From Cyanophora paradoxa CCMP329 (taxonomy: Eukaryota > Plantae > Glaucophyta): DNA of 64,000 bases. Below the pieces are notes generated by a model that made no database searches, was not told where the DNA came from, and saw only the letters and a list, made by a program, of their open reading frames with translations. Of this stretch, positions 12,297-27,200 are shown piece by piece (the first letter of the stretch is position 1; each line of letters begins with the position of its first letter). The DNA lies in contig QPMI01000233.1 of NCBI GenBank assembly GCA_004431415.1, positions 99,214 to 163,213 of the forward strand, given 5' to 3'. A program made the translations under genes and the position numbers.

Positions 12297-15200
12297 TCAG
12301 GGGAGCAACGCGGGCTCGGGGAGCGGGGGCCGAGGGCTCGGGCCCCCCCGCGCCGATTGCGGCGCGGCGCTAGCATCCGCGCCCTCCACGGCGGGCGGCT
12401 GCAGCGCCGGCCCCGCGGCCGGTCCAGGTGCAGGCCCCGGAACCGCCTCCACGGCCACAGCGATTTCCGCCGGCGGCTCGGGCGGGGCGCGGGCCCGCTG
12501 GATCTGCTCCAGCGTCGCCCGGATCTCCCTATCGACATCGGTCCGTTAGACATCTCCAAGCGCACAGCCGCGCGGTTCGAAGGTTCGAAGCCTCAATATA
12601 AGGGGCCGCCCCGCAGCAGCAGAGGCGCGCCCCGCCCCCCGGCCCCGAACGAAGCCTAAGGGGCCGCCCCCGTTAGGTTTGGCGTGCGCACACGAAGGAG
12701 GGGCGCTTGTGGGGCTTCTTCTCGAGGCACGAGGCGACGACTCCCCTCAGCGAGGCCGGCAGCGACGCGATCACGCCTGGATCGAAGTCAGCAGATCCGG
12801 AGCACAGGCGGCGCGGATTTCGCTGCGTTCGCTGCGGGCGTCGGGGTGCGGACTCTTTGGGAAGGGGTGCCCCTTGACCACCTCCTCGGGCGCCACCAGC
12901 TGGCCCCCGTGCGGCCTCGCCCCTGCGATTTGCAACGCGAACCGATCAACGCGCGTTACTCAAGCTATAGGATAGCTTTCTTGATTCTAAGAGGATGCTG
13001 CGCACCGGTGAGCATTTCGGTCAGGACGATGCCGAAGGCCCACACCTGCGAGACGGTCGCTCGAGTGTTAGGAGTGTGGGATTTGGAGTCATTTTGCGAT
13101 TTAGAGCTTCTTAAAGAAATTCGACAGTCGCTTCCGCTGAGTGCTCACGTCGGTCTTCGTCGGCACGACGTCCTTCCCGTACGTCTCTGCAGGAGCGAAA
13201 AGTAAGAAGCGTTCGAATTCACTGCTTTCGGGAGGCGCTGTGATTCTGGCCCGCGTCCGCACCAGGTGGCATGTACAATCTGCGGTGGGAAAGTGGGGCG
13301 GATTTACATCAGCACGCTTGAAATATCGCGCAAGCAATCAAATTCACAGCGCACAGGGTTCCGCGGAGAGATTTGGCTGTGTCGACGTGCCGCGAAATAC
13401 CTGCACAAAGAGACGCGCGTGGTCAGCGTATATCCCGGGGGTCCGTACGTCGCAGTCCAAGCAATGCTGGAGATATCGATGGGAGGGCGCTTGGGTTTGA
13501 ACAGATGCCACCCGCACCGAAGTCGCAGACGCGCAGCGTGTAGCCGCTGAGGGAGCTCTGCGAGATTGAAGGTAAGGAAAATCGCAAACATATTTATTCA
13601 GTTCGAAGGACGCACGTCGCTCTTGCGGTTGAGGAGGATGTTTTGGGGTTTCTGAGGCCGGACGCGGCGTGAGCTTCGCGCGCCGAGGGCCGCAGCGCAC
13701 AGATTCTTAAAATTAAAAAAGCACACCAGGTCGCGGTGGGCGACGGGCTGCGGCAGCTCGTGGTGGAGGTACGCCAGGCCTAAAACGAATCCGCGTGAAT
13801 CCGCGGTCCCACATTGGGCCCTCGCGATCGGGCGGGCGCACCGGAGGCGATCTGGAGGGCGAAGTCTAGGGCGAGGGACTCGGGGAGGACGGGGTGGCTC
13901 GCCAGCAGCGCCGAGAGCGACATGTCCGCCAGCGGCAGCACTGCGGCCGGCCGCGGGCCGGGCCGTCAGCGATCGGCACCGGCACCGGGCCCGCCTGCTC
14001 TAGTTGCAATGCTAGCCGCCTGCTAGGCGCCGGCTGCTCTAGAGAGCGCGGGCCGCGATGGCTAGCTGTAACCGCTCACCGATGTAGAGCTTGAAGCGGT
14101 CGCGGAAGATGATCTCGACGGGCAGCACGTTCGGGTGGCGGCATGCCTGTTCGAGATCGTGAGCAACGCAGTCGTGTGCGAACTCGTATAGAAACGCGTG
14201 AAAAGATTGCGCCATCTATACACTAACTAGAGATTGCGTGAAAGAAAGATGGAAACGCGTAAAGAAACGTTAAGGAAAGATTCACTGACCATTTGGATGG
14301 AGGCGCCGTGGATCTCGCGCGCGGCGACGGCGGCGTCGCCGAGGGCGACCTCTTTCACCGCCCGCCGGACGACCAGCGCCCCCGCCTCGCGCTCCGCCGC
14401 CGGCACCCACGCCGCCTTCCCCGCCGGGATCGCCACCGCGTACACTGCGCGCGATCGCCGCGCCCGTGAGCGCAAGCGAGAGCGGCTATCAACGTTACGA
14501 TGCGCTAAAAGACTCTTTCGGCCATTGAATTCGCGTCGATCTCTGTAAATTTAAGCATGAACAGCGCACCGCGTCCAAAGGCGCCCTCGCCGAGGAGCCC
14601 GAGCGGCTCGCGGACCGCCGCCAGGAGCGCCTCGGGCGGGGCCGGGATGTGCCGCACCGCCCGCGCGGCGCCCGGCGAGAGGCCGTCGCCGTTGCCGGTC
14701 TTGCCGGGGGCTTTTGCGCCCGACTGGCCCTCGCCGGCGCCGGCCAGCAGGTCGACGTCGACTTGCGTCAACGGCGGGTACTCCATGTCGATCTGCGCCG
14801 GCACCAGTGAGAACGCCGCCATCATATCGCACGAATACGATCCAATGGCCAGTGAGGAAGGCGAATTCTGCTACGAGCACGAAAGCAAAGTGAGCGCACC
14901 CAGACGGTCGTGGCGCCGTGCGAGCCCGTGCCGCCCGACGCAGAAGTCGACTGCAAAAGGGATCCTCCGGTAAACCCGCTGTTCGATCCCGAACCCGAAT
15001 CCGAGGAGCCGACTCCGAGGCCCGCCTGCCCGAGCGACACGGGCTCTGAGGCGCCGCGCGCCCGCCTCTTCCGCCGCACGTACACGAACAGCAGCACCGC
15101 GGCGAGCAGAGCCGCCACGCCTGCGGCCGCCCCGCCCGCCGCGACGCCCGCGGCCGACGCCGACCCGGACCCGGAGCTCGAGGCGCCGCCGCCCGCCGCC

Positions 15201-18200
15201 GCGCCTCCGGTTTCGCTCGGCGGCGGCGTTGGCGCGGCCCGCGAGGGCGGGGCGGGCTCGTTGGAGGAGGAGACGGGAACGATGGCGGCGCCCTCGGCCA
15301 GCTGCCACTCGACGTCGCCGGCGGGCGGGCGGCCGACGAAGGAAACGTTGGCGAGCGACTCGACGGTCCGGTCCTCCAGGCCCGGCAGGATCAGGGCCGA
15401 GGCGCGCGTGAGGTTCACCAGCGCGGCCAGCGCCGTCGACGCTGCGGCCGGCGCCGCCGGGTCGGCCACGAGGGAAAGGCGGAAGAGGATGGACCCGCAG
15501 CGGATCTCGTCGACGCGGACGCGGGCGGACGATGAGGCGGGAAGGCCGCTCCGCTCGAGGAAGCGGTAAACGAGGGCGTCGAGGGCGCGCGAGACGTCGT
15601 CGGCGCGCGTGGCGCGCAGGTACGCCTCGCACTCGGCGCGCGTGGCGGGGACGGAGAGGACGAGGGTGATCGTGGCGGCCGCGGCCGCGGGCGAGGGCGA
15701 GGGCGTGGGCGAGGGCAAGGACGGGGGCGCGGGCGTGGAGGATGGGAACGGAGTCGAGTTGGGAGGTAGAGCTGGAGGGGACGGAGATGGCGTGGTAGGG
15801 GGCGTAGCCGACGGCGTCGCGGTCGACGCGGTGCGCGGGGGGAAGGAGAGGGTCTGGGCCCGGCGCTCGCCATCGGCAGGGTACGAGCAGTTGCCCGATA
15901 CGAGCGGGATGGCGCCTGAGGAGCGGGCACGAGTGGCGCCCCCGCATCAGACGGCTCGGATCAATTTCACAGGATGCGAGCAACTGCGCTGACGCACCGA
16001 CAAGGCGGACGAAGCGCGACGGCGTCCCGGCTCCAGACGAAATCATCCTGACCGGAAATGTTAACAGAAATCCGGCGAGAAACCAATGAATTCTCGCATC
16101 CACGCACGTTGTGCAGGTGCCGCAGTCGGAGTCGTGCGCAGCATCGTCGAGCCCCACGCTGGCGTCGAGCGAGTACGGCGGGGCGGCAGCGATTTCGACG
16201 GCGCCTCCGACGGCCACCTCGAGCAGAGAGGCCGGGCCGCCCTCCTCGACGGCGAGGAGCGCCCCGTGGCAGCTGCCAAGGACGAGGCGCCGATTCTCGG
16301 TGGCGGCGATCTGCGCCCTTGGAAATCGTGCCACCCGCCGGAACCCCAGGGTAGGCGCCGCGAGATCAACCTCGCTGTCGGATCACGAAGATGTCAGAAT
16401 TTGTGCGGGAATTCGCGCGTTTTTATGCGTTGCGCACTACACGTCGACGGTGCTCGTGGAGGTAGGCGGGTCGGCGTTCGCGGAGTACCAGCGGCTCCCA
16501 ACCCGCGCGCACGCTGCGCTGGAGAGCACCGGGGCGCCGCCCTGGCCGTCGGGGACCACCGTCGACCAGGCGCGGTCCTCGCTCGAGAACCTGGCGCGAA
16601 AGTCGAGTGAGCTTTCGGTCCATGTAGTGTATTATTGCAAAGTTCTCAGATCTAGACTTCTTTGTAGATTCTTTACGGATTTGTGATTTATGCTATCATT
16701 GCGCACGCGATCAGGTCGCTCTTGCCTCCGACGCCGATTGTCCCCGCCATGACCCACACGCGGCCATCGTACACGGTGACACCTGCAGTCCATTTAAGGC
16801 CGGGGCATGTTTTGTGAAAGATTAAATTAAAGCAGCTCACAGTGTCCGGTTCTCGGATTCGGAAGCGCGGGAAGCTCGACCCAGGCGTCGAAATCGGTGG
16901 AAAACGCCCAGAACGACGACGAGAGCGCCGCGCCCCCGTCCTTGTAGCCGCCTGCAGAGCCCTCAGCTCGTGCTCGCGTGTGAAACACCGGATCTGCAAC
17001 CCGGTGCAGCGCACCAGCGCAGTAGACCGCGCGCTCGCGGTCCCACGTGCACCGCGTGCCGCGGCCCAGGATCGGTTGCTGCACGATTGCTTGTGTCCAT
17101 GCCCCCGAGTCTGTCGACATCACTCAGAAAGAGAACATGGAAGGGATACGTTTGATTCATGATGTCTTACCGACATCAAGGACATACACATCGCCGAGAA
17201 GATCGGAGCCGGCTTGCACAACGCCCGTGCCGTCCAGAGCGAACGAGCCTCCCAGCACTGTGAACATCAGGCGGCCCGCAGGGCTCCGGAAGAGGACGCC
17301 GCTGCCGACGAACTGCCGCCGGACGCTTGCCGGAGCTGGAACGTCTTGGAGGGTCAGATGATACACGCCTGCGCGGAATGCGTGAGACATTCGCTCGCAA
17401 ACTGCAACCGACTTCTCGAATAACGTTATATTAAAAACGAACCTGGAACGACAAGCGGACCCAAGGAGGTTGTCTGCGACACGGCCAGCGACGAGCGCGC
17501 CGCTACCCCGCAGCTCAGAACGTAGCTGCCAGCCCGCGATATTTGGACCGCCACGGAGACGTTGACGTTAACCGTTGCAGGCCCGGCGGCCACCTGAGGC
17601 AACTCTGTGCTGACTCTGTACGGGCCGCCGGATCCGGTGCAGCTCGTGTCGACGGCGACAACGCTCTGTCCAGTCCAGATACCCACTTCGAGTTCCACGA
17701 GAGACGCGTTGAAAGCACGTTGCACGTAAACGGCCGGGGCCCATGGCGAGGCTGCGCATAGTATTTAAATACTGGAAAAAATCGAGGAGCAATCGAAATC
17801 CTGCAGAACGCACCGACAGGGACGGTAACGTTTGATCGAACGGGCGGAGAAAACAGATCGATAGACGATCGGACACGAGTGGAGCAGGCCAGCGTGTACG
17901 AAGCATTGTATGACGATAAGACAGAGATGGAAAGGGTCTTCGAAAAGACAAAATCTCCGGAGACGCTCGCATCAAGCGCGTAGGGGCCGCCAAAGCCGTC
18001 ACAGGTGGTGATGACAGAAACTATGCTCTGCCCGGCACCGAAGACTGCGTTAGCGCTTATGAGAGTGCTGTTCTGAGCCACAAAGTTTGCCGATGGCGCC
18101 GCGGGAACAGCTTGAAAGAAATGTAAGCATCAGTTCAGTGCGTGGGATGGACGAAACATAAGTATCGGCGCACCAGCAGGGACCCACACATATCCAGACG

Positions 18201-21200
18201 GCACAGCCAGCTCCGACGGAAGGCCCGTCGACCCCCTCACCAGCGCCGCGCACGCCAGCGTGTAGTTCCCGCTGTACTTGGGCGCCACCGTCAGTGCCAC
18301 GCTCGCCTCCGCCGCCGCCCCGTCGCTCGCGTTGACGGAAGCAAATGCAGCGTACGGGCCGCCGTGGCCCGAGCAGTTCAGCTCCGCTCTTGCGACGCTC
18401 TGGCCCGGCGTGAAGTGCACTGCGGCTGTTACGCGTGTCGCGTTGTTCACGACCACCACGACATCCGACGGGGCCCAGGGCGTCGCTGCACGAGCGCAGC
18501 TGATAAGAAACGTGGCATCCTGTCTGCTCCTGGCAGCGCATGCGAACCTGCAGGCACATCAACCGCAAACGACGACGTTTCCGACGCCAGGCCTGTTGAT
18601 GCTCGCGCGAGGGTCGAGCACGCCAGTCTGTAGCCTCCCGTGTACGACAGCGCAATGGCGAGCTCCACTGCCGTCCCGGAAGCGCCGGCGTCGGTGACCG
18701 CGACGCTCCTTGCGTACGGGCCGCTGAAGCCCTCGCACGCCAGCTCCAGCGCCGCTACGCTCTGGCCGGCGGTGAACTTGAAGAGAAACGCGACACGCGT
18801 CGCGTTTGTGGCCGCGGCCGACTCGACGGACGGCCGCCAAGGAGACGCTGTGTGAAAGCGCCGCAGAGTCAGCGAACGATGGCAAGCTCGCGGTTAACCT
18901 TGAGCAGACGTCGCAAACTCAACCGCTACTCGGAGGGCGCTCACCGGGAGGAACGGTGGCGATCTCTGCGAACGCGACAGATGCCGACGGCAGTCCCGCG
19001 GACGCCCGGACCAGTGCTGTGCACGCCAGCGTGTAGTTCCCGAAGTACTTCGGCGCCACCGTGAGCGACACGTTGGCTACGGCCACCGCTCCATCGTTCG
19101 CGTTGACTAAAGCGGATGCATAGTACGGGCCGCCATGGCCCGAGCAGTTCAGCTCCGCCCTCGCGACGCTCTGGCCCGGCGTGAACCGCAGCACGGCCGT
19201 CACGCGGGTCGCGTTCTCCACAGACACAGCGACGCCCGACGGGGCCGAAGGCGCCGCTGCGCGCGCGCAGAGCGCCGTCGGTTGATTCGCAACGTAATGC
19301 ATCCTGTGAACGGGGCGGCGGGGCAGCGCGTGCGAACCTGCAGGCACGTCGACTGCGAATGCCGACGCTTCCGACGCCAGGCCTGTTGACGCTCGCGCGA
19401 GGGCTGAGCACGCCAGCCTGTAGCCTCCCGTGTACGATGGCGCGACGGCGAGCTCTACAGCCGTCCCGGAAGCGCCAGTGTCGGAGACCGGTACAGGCTT
19501 TCCGTACGGTCCGCCGAAGCCCTCGCACGCCAGCTCCAGCGCCGCTACACTCTGGCCCGCTGTGAAGTTCAGGAGAACTGAAATGCGTGTCGCGTTTGTT
19601 GCCGCGGCCGACTTGATGAATGGCCGCCAAGGAGACGCTGCGCGAAGGTGCGACAGAGTCAGCGGATTCCGGCGAGCTCACGACCACCCCTCAAAAAAAG
19701 TCGCTCACCGGGAGGAATCGTGGCGATGTCTGAATACGTGACAGCTGCCGACTGTAGTCCCGTGGACGCCCTCACGAGCGTTGTGCACGTGAGGCTGTAG
19801 TTTCCGCTGTACTTCGGCTCCACCGTCAGCGACACGTTGGCCCCCGCCACCGCCCCATCGCTGGCGTTGACGGCGGCAGCCACCGAGTAGAGCCGTCCGT
19901 CGCCGGAGCAGTTCACCTCCGCCCATGCGACGCTCTGGCCTGGCGTAAAGCGCAGGACGGCCGTTGCGCGAGTCGCGTTCTCCACAGACACCGCAAGCTC
20001 CAACGGGTCCCAGGGCGAAGCTGCCGAACACATCAAAGTCAGCGGTCGTGGGCAGCAAGCCGACATGAGTCTCCAGCTGCAAGCTTCGGCCCTGGCCTTG
20101 CGAACTATTTTGCGTCAAATCGTTCCAATCCTACTATCCCTCCCGTCTAGCTAAATAGAGACACTCATTCTCGCCCTTATGATCGGTCCCAACGCTAACG
20201 AACAACGCACCAGCCGGAACCCACACTGAGCTCGACGGCACAGCCAGCGCCGACGGAAGGCCCGTCGACCCCCTCACCAGCGCCGTGCACGCCAGCGTGT
20301 AGTTCCCGCTGTACTTCGACGCCACCGTCAGTGCCACGCTCGCCTCCGCCGCCGCCCCGTCGCTCCCGTTGACGAAAGCGAATGCGGCGTACGGGCCGCC
20401 ATGGCCCGAGCAGTTCAGCTCCGCCCTCGCGACGCTCTGCCCCGGCGTGAACCGCAGCAAGGCCGTCACGCGGGTCGCGTTCTCCACAAACACAGCGACG
20501 CTCGACGGGCCCGAAGGCGCCGCTGCGCGCGCGCAGAGCGCCGTCGGTTGATTCGCAACGTAATGCATCCTGTAAACGGGGCGGCGGGGCAGCGCGTGCG
20601 AACCTGCGGGCACGTCGACTGCGAACGCCGACGCTTCCGACGCCAGGCCTGTTGACGCTCGCGCGAGGGCTGAGCACGCCAGCCTGTAGCCTCCCGTGTA
20701 CAATGGCGCGACGGCGAGCTCCACTGACGTCCCGGAAGCGCCAGTGTCGGAGACCGGTACAGGCTTTTCGTACGGTCCGCCGAAGCCCTCGCACGCCAGC
20801 TCCAGCGCCGCTACGCTCTGGCCCGCTGTGAAGTTCAGGAGGACAGAAATGCGTGTCGCGTTTGTTGCCGCGGCCGACTTGATGAATGGCCGCCAAGGAG
20901 ACGCTGCGCGAAGGTGCGACAGAGTCAGCGGATTCTGGCGAGCTCACGACCACCGGTACCCCTCAAAAGAAGTCGCTCACCGGGAGGAATCGTGGCGATA
21001 TCTGAATACGTGACAGCTGCCGACTGTAGTCCCGTGGACGCCCTCACGAGCGCTGTGCACGTGAGGCTGTAGTTTCCGCTGTACTTCGGCTCCACCGTCA
21101 GCGACACGTTGGCCCCCGCCACCGCCCCATCGCTGGCGTTGACGGCGGCAGCCACCGAGTAGAGCCGTCCGTCGCCGGAGCAGTTCACCTCCGCCCATGC

Positions 21201-24200
21201 GACGCTCTGGCCTGGCGTAAAGCGCAGGACGGCCGTTGCGCGAGTCGCGTTCTCCACAGACACCGCAAGCTCCAACGGGTCCCAGGGCGAAGCTGCCGAA
21301 CACATCAAAGTCAGCGGCCGTGGGCAGCAAGCCGACATGAGTCTCCAGCTGCAAGCTTCGGCCCTGGCCTTGCGAACTATTTTGCGTCAAATCGTTCCAA
21401 TCCTACTATCCCTCCCGTCTAGCTAAATAGAGACACTCATTCTCGCCCTTATGATCGGTCCCAACGCTAACGAACAACGCACCAGCCGGAACCCACACTG
21501 AGCTCGACGGCACAGCCAGCGCCGACGGAAGGCCCGTCGACCCCCTCACCAGCGCCGTGCACGCCAGCGTGTAGTTCCCGCTGTACTTCGGCGCCACCGT
21601 CAGTGCCACGCTCGCCTCCGCCGCCGCCCCGTCGCTCCCGTTGACGAAAGCGAATGCAGCGTACGGGCCGCCATGGCCCGAGCAGTTCAGTTCCACCCTC
21701 GCGACGCTCTGGCCCGGCGTGAACCGCAGCACGGCCGTCACGCGGGTCGCGTTCTCCACAAACACAGCGACGCCCGACGGGGCCGAAGGCGCCGCTGCGC
21801 GCGCGCAGAGCGCCGTCGGTTGATTCGCAACGTAATGCATCCTGTGAACGGGGCGGCGGGGCAGCGCGTGCGAACCTGCGGGCACGTCGACTGCGAACGC
21901 CGACGCTTCCGACGCCAGGCCTGTTGACGCTCGCGCGAGGGCCGAGCACGCCAGCCTGTAGCCTCCCGTGTACGACGGCGCGACGGCGAGCTCCACCTCC
22001 GTCCCGGAAGCGCCAGTGTCGGAGACCGGTACAGGCTTTCCGTACGGTCCGCCGAAGCCCTCGCACGCCAGCTCCAGCGCCGCTACACTCTGGCCCGCTG
22101 TGAAGTTCAGGAGAACTGAAATGCGTGTCGCGTTTGTTGCCGCGGCCGACTTGATGAATGGCCGCCAAGGAGACGCTGCGCGAAGGTGCGACAGAGTCAG
22201 CGGATTCCGGCGAGCTCACGACCACCCCTCAAAAGAAGTCGCTCACCGGGAGGAATCGTGGCGATATCTGAATACGTGACAGCTGCCGACTGTAGTCCCG
22301 TGGACGCCCTCACGAGCGCTGTGCACGTGAGGCTGTAGTTTCCGCTGTACTTCGGCTCCACCGTCAGCGACACGTTGGCCCCCGCCACCGCCCCATCGCT
22401 GGCGTTGACGGCGGCAGCCACCGAGTAGAGCCGTCCGTCGCCGGAGCAGTTCACCTCCGCCCATGCGACGCTCTGGCCTGGCGTAAAGCGCAGGACGGCC
22501 GTTGCGCGAGTCGCGTTCTCCACAGACACCGCAAGCTCCAACGGGTCCCAGGGCGAAGCTGCCGAACACATCGAAGTCAGCGGTCGTGGGCAGCAAGCCG
22601 ACATGAGTCTCCAGCTGCAAGCTTCGGCCCTGGCCTTGCGAACTATTTTGCGTCAAATCATTCCAATCCTACTATCCCTCCCGTCTAGCTAAATAGAGAC
22701 ACTCATTCTCGCCCTTATGATCGGTCCCAACGCTAACGAACAACGCACCAGCCGGAACCCACACTGAGCTCGACGGCACAGCCAGCGCCGACGGAAGGCC
22801 CGTCGACCCCCTCACCAGCGCCGTGCACGCCAGCGTGTAGTTCCCGCTGTACTTCGGCGCCACCGTCAGTGCCACGCTCGCCTCCGCCGCCGCCCCGTCG
22901 CTCCCGTTGACGAAAGCGAATGCGGCGTACGGGCCGCCATGGCCCGAGCAGTTCAGCTCCGCCCTCGCGACGCTCTGCCCCGGCGTGAACCGCAGCAAGG
23001 CCGTCACGCGGGTCGCGTTCTCCACAGACACAGCGACGCTCGACGGGGCCGAAGGCGCCGCTGCGCGCGCAGAGCGCCGTCGGTTGATTCGCAACGCAAT
23101 GCATCCTGTGAACGGGGCGGCGGGGCAGCGCGTGCGAACCTGCGGGCACGTCGACTGCGAACGCCGACGCTTCCGACGCCAGGCCCGTTGACGCTCGCGC
23201 GAGGGCCGAGCACGCCAGCCTGTAGCCTCCCGTGTACAATGGCGCGACGGCGAGCTCCACTGACGTCCCGGAAGCGCCAGTGTCGGAGACCGGTACAGGC
23301 TTTCCGTACGGTCCGCTGAAGCCCTCGCACGCCAGCTCCAGCGCCGCTACGCTCTGGCCCGCTGTGAAGTTCAGGAGGACAGAAATGCGTGTCGCGTTTG
23401 TTGCCGCGGCCGACTTGATGAATGGCCGCCAAGGAGACGCTGCGCGAAGGTGCGACAGAGTCAGCGGATTCTGGCGAGCTCACGACCACCGGTACCCCTC
23501 AAAAGAAGTCGCTCACCGGGAGGAATCGTGGCGATATCTGAATACGTGACAGCTGCCGACTGTAGTCCCGTGGACGCCCTCACGAGCGCTGTGCACGTGA
23601 GGCTGTAGTTTCCGCTGTACTTCGGCTCCACCGTCAGCGACACGTTGGCCCCCGCCACCGCCCCATAGCTGGCGTTGACGGCGGCAGCCACCGAGTAGAG
23701 CCGTCCGTCGCCGGAGCAGTTCACCTCCGCCCATGCGACGCTCTGGCCTGGCGTAAAGCGCAGGACGGCCGTTGCGCGAGTCGCGTTCTCCACAGACACC
23801 GCAAGCTCCAACGGGTCCCAGGGCGAAGCTGCCGAACACATCGAAGTCAGCGGTCGTGGGCAGCAAGCCGACATGAGTCTCCAGCTGCAAGCTTCGGCCC
23901 TGGCCTTGCGAACTATTTTGCGTCAAATCGTTCCAATCCTACTATCCCTCCCGTCTAGCTAAATAGAGACACTCATTCTCGCCCTTATGATCGGTCCCAA
24001 CGCTAACGAACAACGCACCAGCCGGAACCCACACTGAGCTCGACGGCACAGCCAGCGCCGACGGAAGGCCCGTCGACCCCCTCACCAGCGCCGTGCACGC
24101 CAGCGTGTAGTTCCCGCTGTACTTCGGCGCCACCGTCAGTGCCACGCTCGCCTCCGCCGCCGCCCCGTCGCTCGCGTTGACGGAAGCGAATGCGGCGTAC

Positions 24201-27200
24201 GGGCCGCCATGGCCTGAGCAGTTCAGCTCCGCCCTCGCGACGCTCTGCCCCGGCGTGAACCGCAGCAAGGCCGTCACGCGGGTCGCGTTCTCCACAGACA
24301 CAGCGACGCCCGACGGGGCCGAAGGCGCCGCTGCGCGCGCGCATAGCGCCGTCGGTTGATTCGCAACGTAATGCATCCTGTGAACGGGGCGGCGGGGCAG
24401 CGCGTGCGAACCTGCGGGCACGTCGACTGCGAACGCCGACGCTTCCGACGCCAGGCCTATTGACGCTCGCGCGAGGGCCGAGCACGCCAGCCTGTAGCCT
24501 CCCGTGTACAATGGCGCGACGGCGAGCTCCACCGCCGTCCCGGAAGCGCCAGTGTCGGAGACCGGTACAGGCTTTCCGTACGGTCCGCCGAAGCCCTCGC
24601 ACGCCAGCTCCAGCGCCGCTACGCTCTGGCCCGCTGTGAAGTTCAGGAGAACTGAAATGCGTGTCGCGTTTGTTGCCGCGGCCGACTTGATGAATGGCCG
24701 CCAAGGAGACGCTGCGCGAAGGTGCGACAGAGTCAGCGGATTCTGGCGAGCTCACGACCACCCCTCGAAAGAAGTCGCTCACCGGGAGGAATCGTGGCGA
24801 TGTCGGAATACGTGACAGCTGCCGACTGTAGTCCCGTGGACGCCCTCACGAGCGCTGTGCACGTGAGGCTGTAGTTTCCGCTGTACTTCGGCTCCACCGT
24901 CAGCGACACGTTGGCCCCCGCCACCGCCCCATCGCTGGCGTTGACGGCGGCAGCCACCGAGTAGAGCCGTCCGTTGCCGGAGCAGTTCACCTCCGCCCAT
25001 GCGACGCTCTGGCCTGGCGTAAAGCGCAGGACGGCCGTTGCGCGAGTTGCGTTCTCCACAGACACCGCAAGCTCCAACGGGTCCCAGGGCGAAGCTGCCG
25101 AACACATCGAAGTCAGCGGTCGTGGGCAGCAAGCCGACATGAGTCTCCAGCTGCAAGCTTCGGCCCTGGCCTTGCGAACTATTTTGCGTCAAATCGTTCC
25201 AATCCTACTATCCCTCCCGTCTAGCTAAATAGAGACACTCATTCTCGCCCTTATGATCGGTCCCAACGCTAACGAACAACGCACCAGCCGGAACCCACAC
25301 TGAGCTCGACGGCACAGCCAGCGCCGACGGAAGGCCCGTCGACCCCCTCACCAGCGCCGTGCACGCCAGCGTGTAGTTCCCGCTGTACTTCGGCGCCACC
25401 GTCAGTGCCACGCTCGCCTCCGCCGCCGCCCCGTCGCTCGCGTTGACGGAAGCGAATGCGGCGTACGGGCCGCCATGGCCCGAGCAGTTCAGCTCCGCCC
25501 TCGCGACGCTCTGCCCCGGCGTGAACCGCAGCAAGGCCGTCACGCGGGTCGCGTTCTCCACAGACACAGCGACGCTCGACGGGGCCGAAGGCGCCGCTGC
25601 GCGCGCGCATAGCGCCGTCAGTCGATTCGCAACGTAACGCACACTATGAACGGGGCGGCGGGGCAGCGAGTGCGAACCTGCGGGCACGTCGACTGCGAAC
25701 GCCGACGCTTCCGACGCCAGGCCTGTTGACGCTCGCGCGAGGGCCGAGCACGCCAGCCTGTAGCCTCCCGTGTACAATGGCGCGACGGCGAGCTCCACCG
25801 ACGTCCCGGAAGCGCCAGTGTCGGAGACCGGTACAGGCTTTTCGTACGGTCCGCCGAAGCCCTCGCACGCCAGCTCCAGCGCCGCTACGCTCTGGCCCGC
25901 TGTCAAGTTCAGGAGGACAGAAATGCGTGTCGCGTTTGTTGCCGCGGCCGACTTGATGAATGGCCGCCAAGGAGACGCTGCGCGAAGGTGCGACAGAGTC
26001 AGCGGATTCCGGCGAGCTCACGACCACCCCTCGAAAGAAGTCGCTCACCGGGAGGAATCGTGGCGATGTCGGAATACGTGACAGCTGCCGACTGTAGTCC
26101 CGTGGACGCCCTCACGAGCGCTGTGCACGTGAGGCTGTAGTTTCCGCTGTACTTCGGCTCCACCGTCAGCGACACGTTGGCCCCCGCCACCGCCCCATCG
26201 CTGGCGTTGACGGCGGCAGCCACCGAGTAGAGCCGTCCATCGCCGGAGCAGTTCACCTCCGCCCATGCGACGCTCTGGCCTGGCATAAAACGCAGGACGG
26301 CCGTTGCGCGAGTCGCGTTCTCCACAGACACCGCAAGCTGTAACGGGCCCCAGGGCGAAGCTGCCGAACACATCGAAGTCAGCGGTCGTGGGCAGCAAAC
26401 TGACATGGGTCTCCGGCTGCGCATGCAAGCTTCGGCCCTGGCCTTGCGAACTATTTTGCGTCAAATCGTTCCAATCCTACTATCCCGTCTAGCTAAATAG
26501 AGACACTCATGCTCGCCCTTATGATCGGTCCCAACGCTAACGAACAACGCACCAGCCGGAACCCACACTGAGCTCGACGGCACAGCCAGCGCCGACGGAA
26601 GGCCCGTCGACCCCCTCACCAGCGCCGTGCACGCCAGCGTGTAGTTCCCGTTGTACTTCGGCGCCACCGTCAGTGCCACGCTCGCCTCCGCCGCCGCCCC
26701 GTCGCTCGCGTTGACGGAAGCGAATGCAGAGTGCGGGCCGCCATGGCCCGAGCAGTTCAGTTCCGCCCTCGCGACGCTCTGGCCCGGCATGAACTGCAGC
26801 GAAGCCGTCACGCGAGTCGCGTTCTCCACAGACACAGCGACGCTCGACGGGGCCGAAGGCGCCGCTGCGCGCGCGCAGAGCGCCGTCAGTCGATTCGCAA
26901 CGTATTGCATCCTGTGAACGGGGCGGCGGGGCAGCGCGTGCGAACCTGCGGGCACGTCGACTGCGAACGCCGACGCTTCCGACGCCAGGCCCGTTGACGC
27001 TCGCGCGAGGGCCGAGCACGCCAGCCTGTAGCCTCCCGTGTACGATGGCGCGACGGCGAGCTCCACCGACGTCCCGGAAACTCCTTCGTCGGAGACCGGT
27101 ACAGGCTTTCCGTACGGTCCGCCGAAGCCCTCGCACGCCAGTTCCAGCGCCGCTACGCTCTGGCCCGCTGTGAAGTTCAGGAGAACTGAAATGCGTGTCG

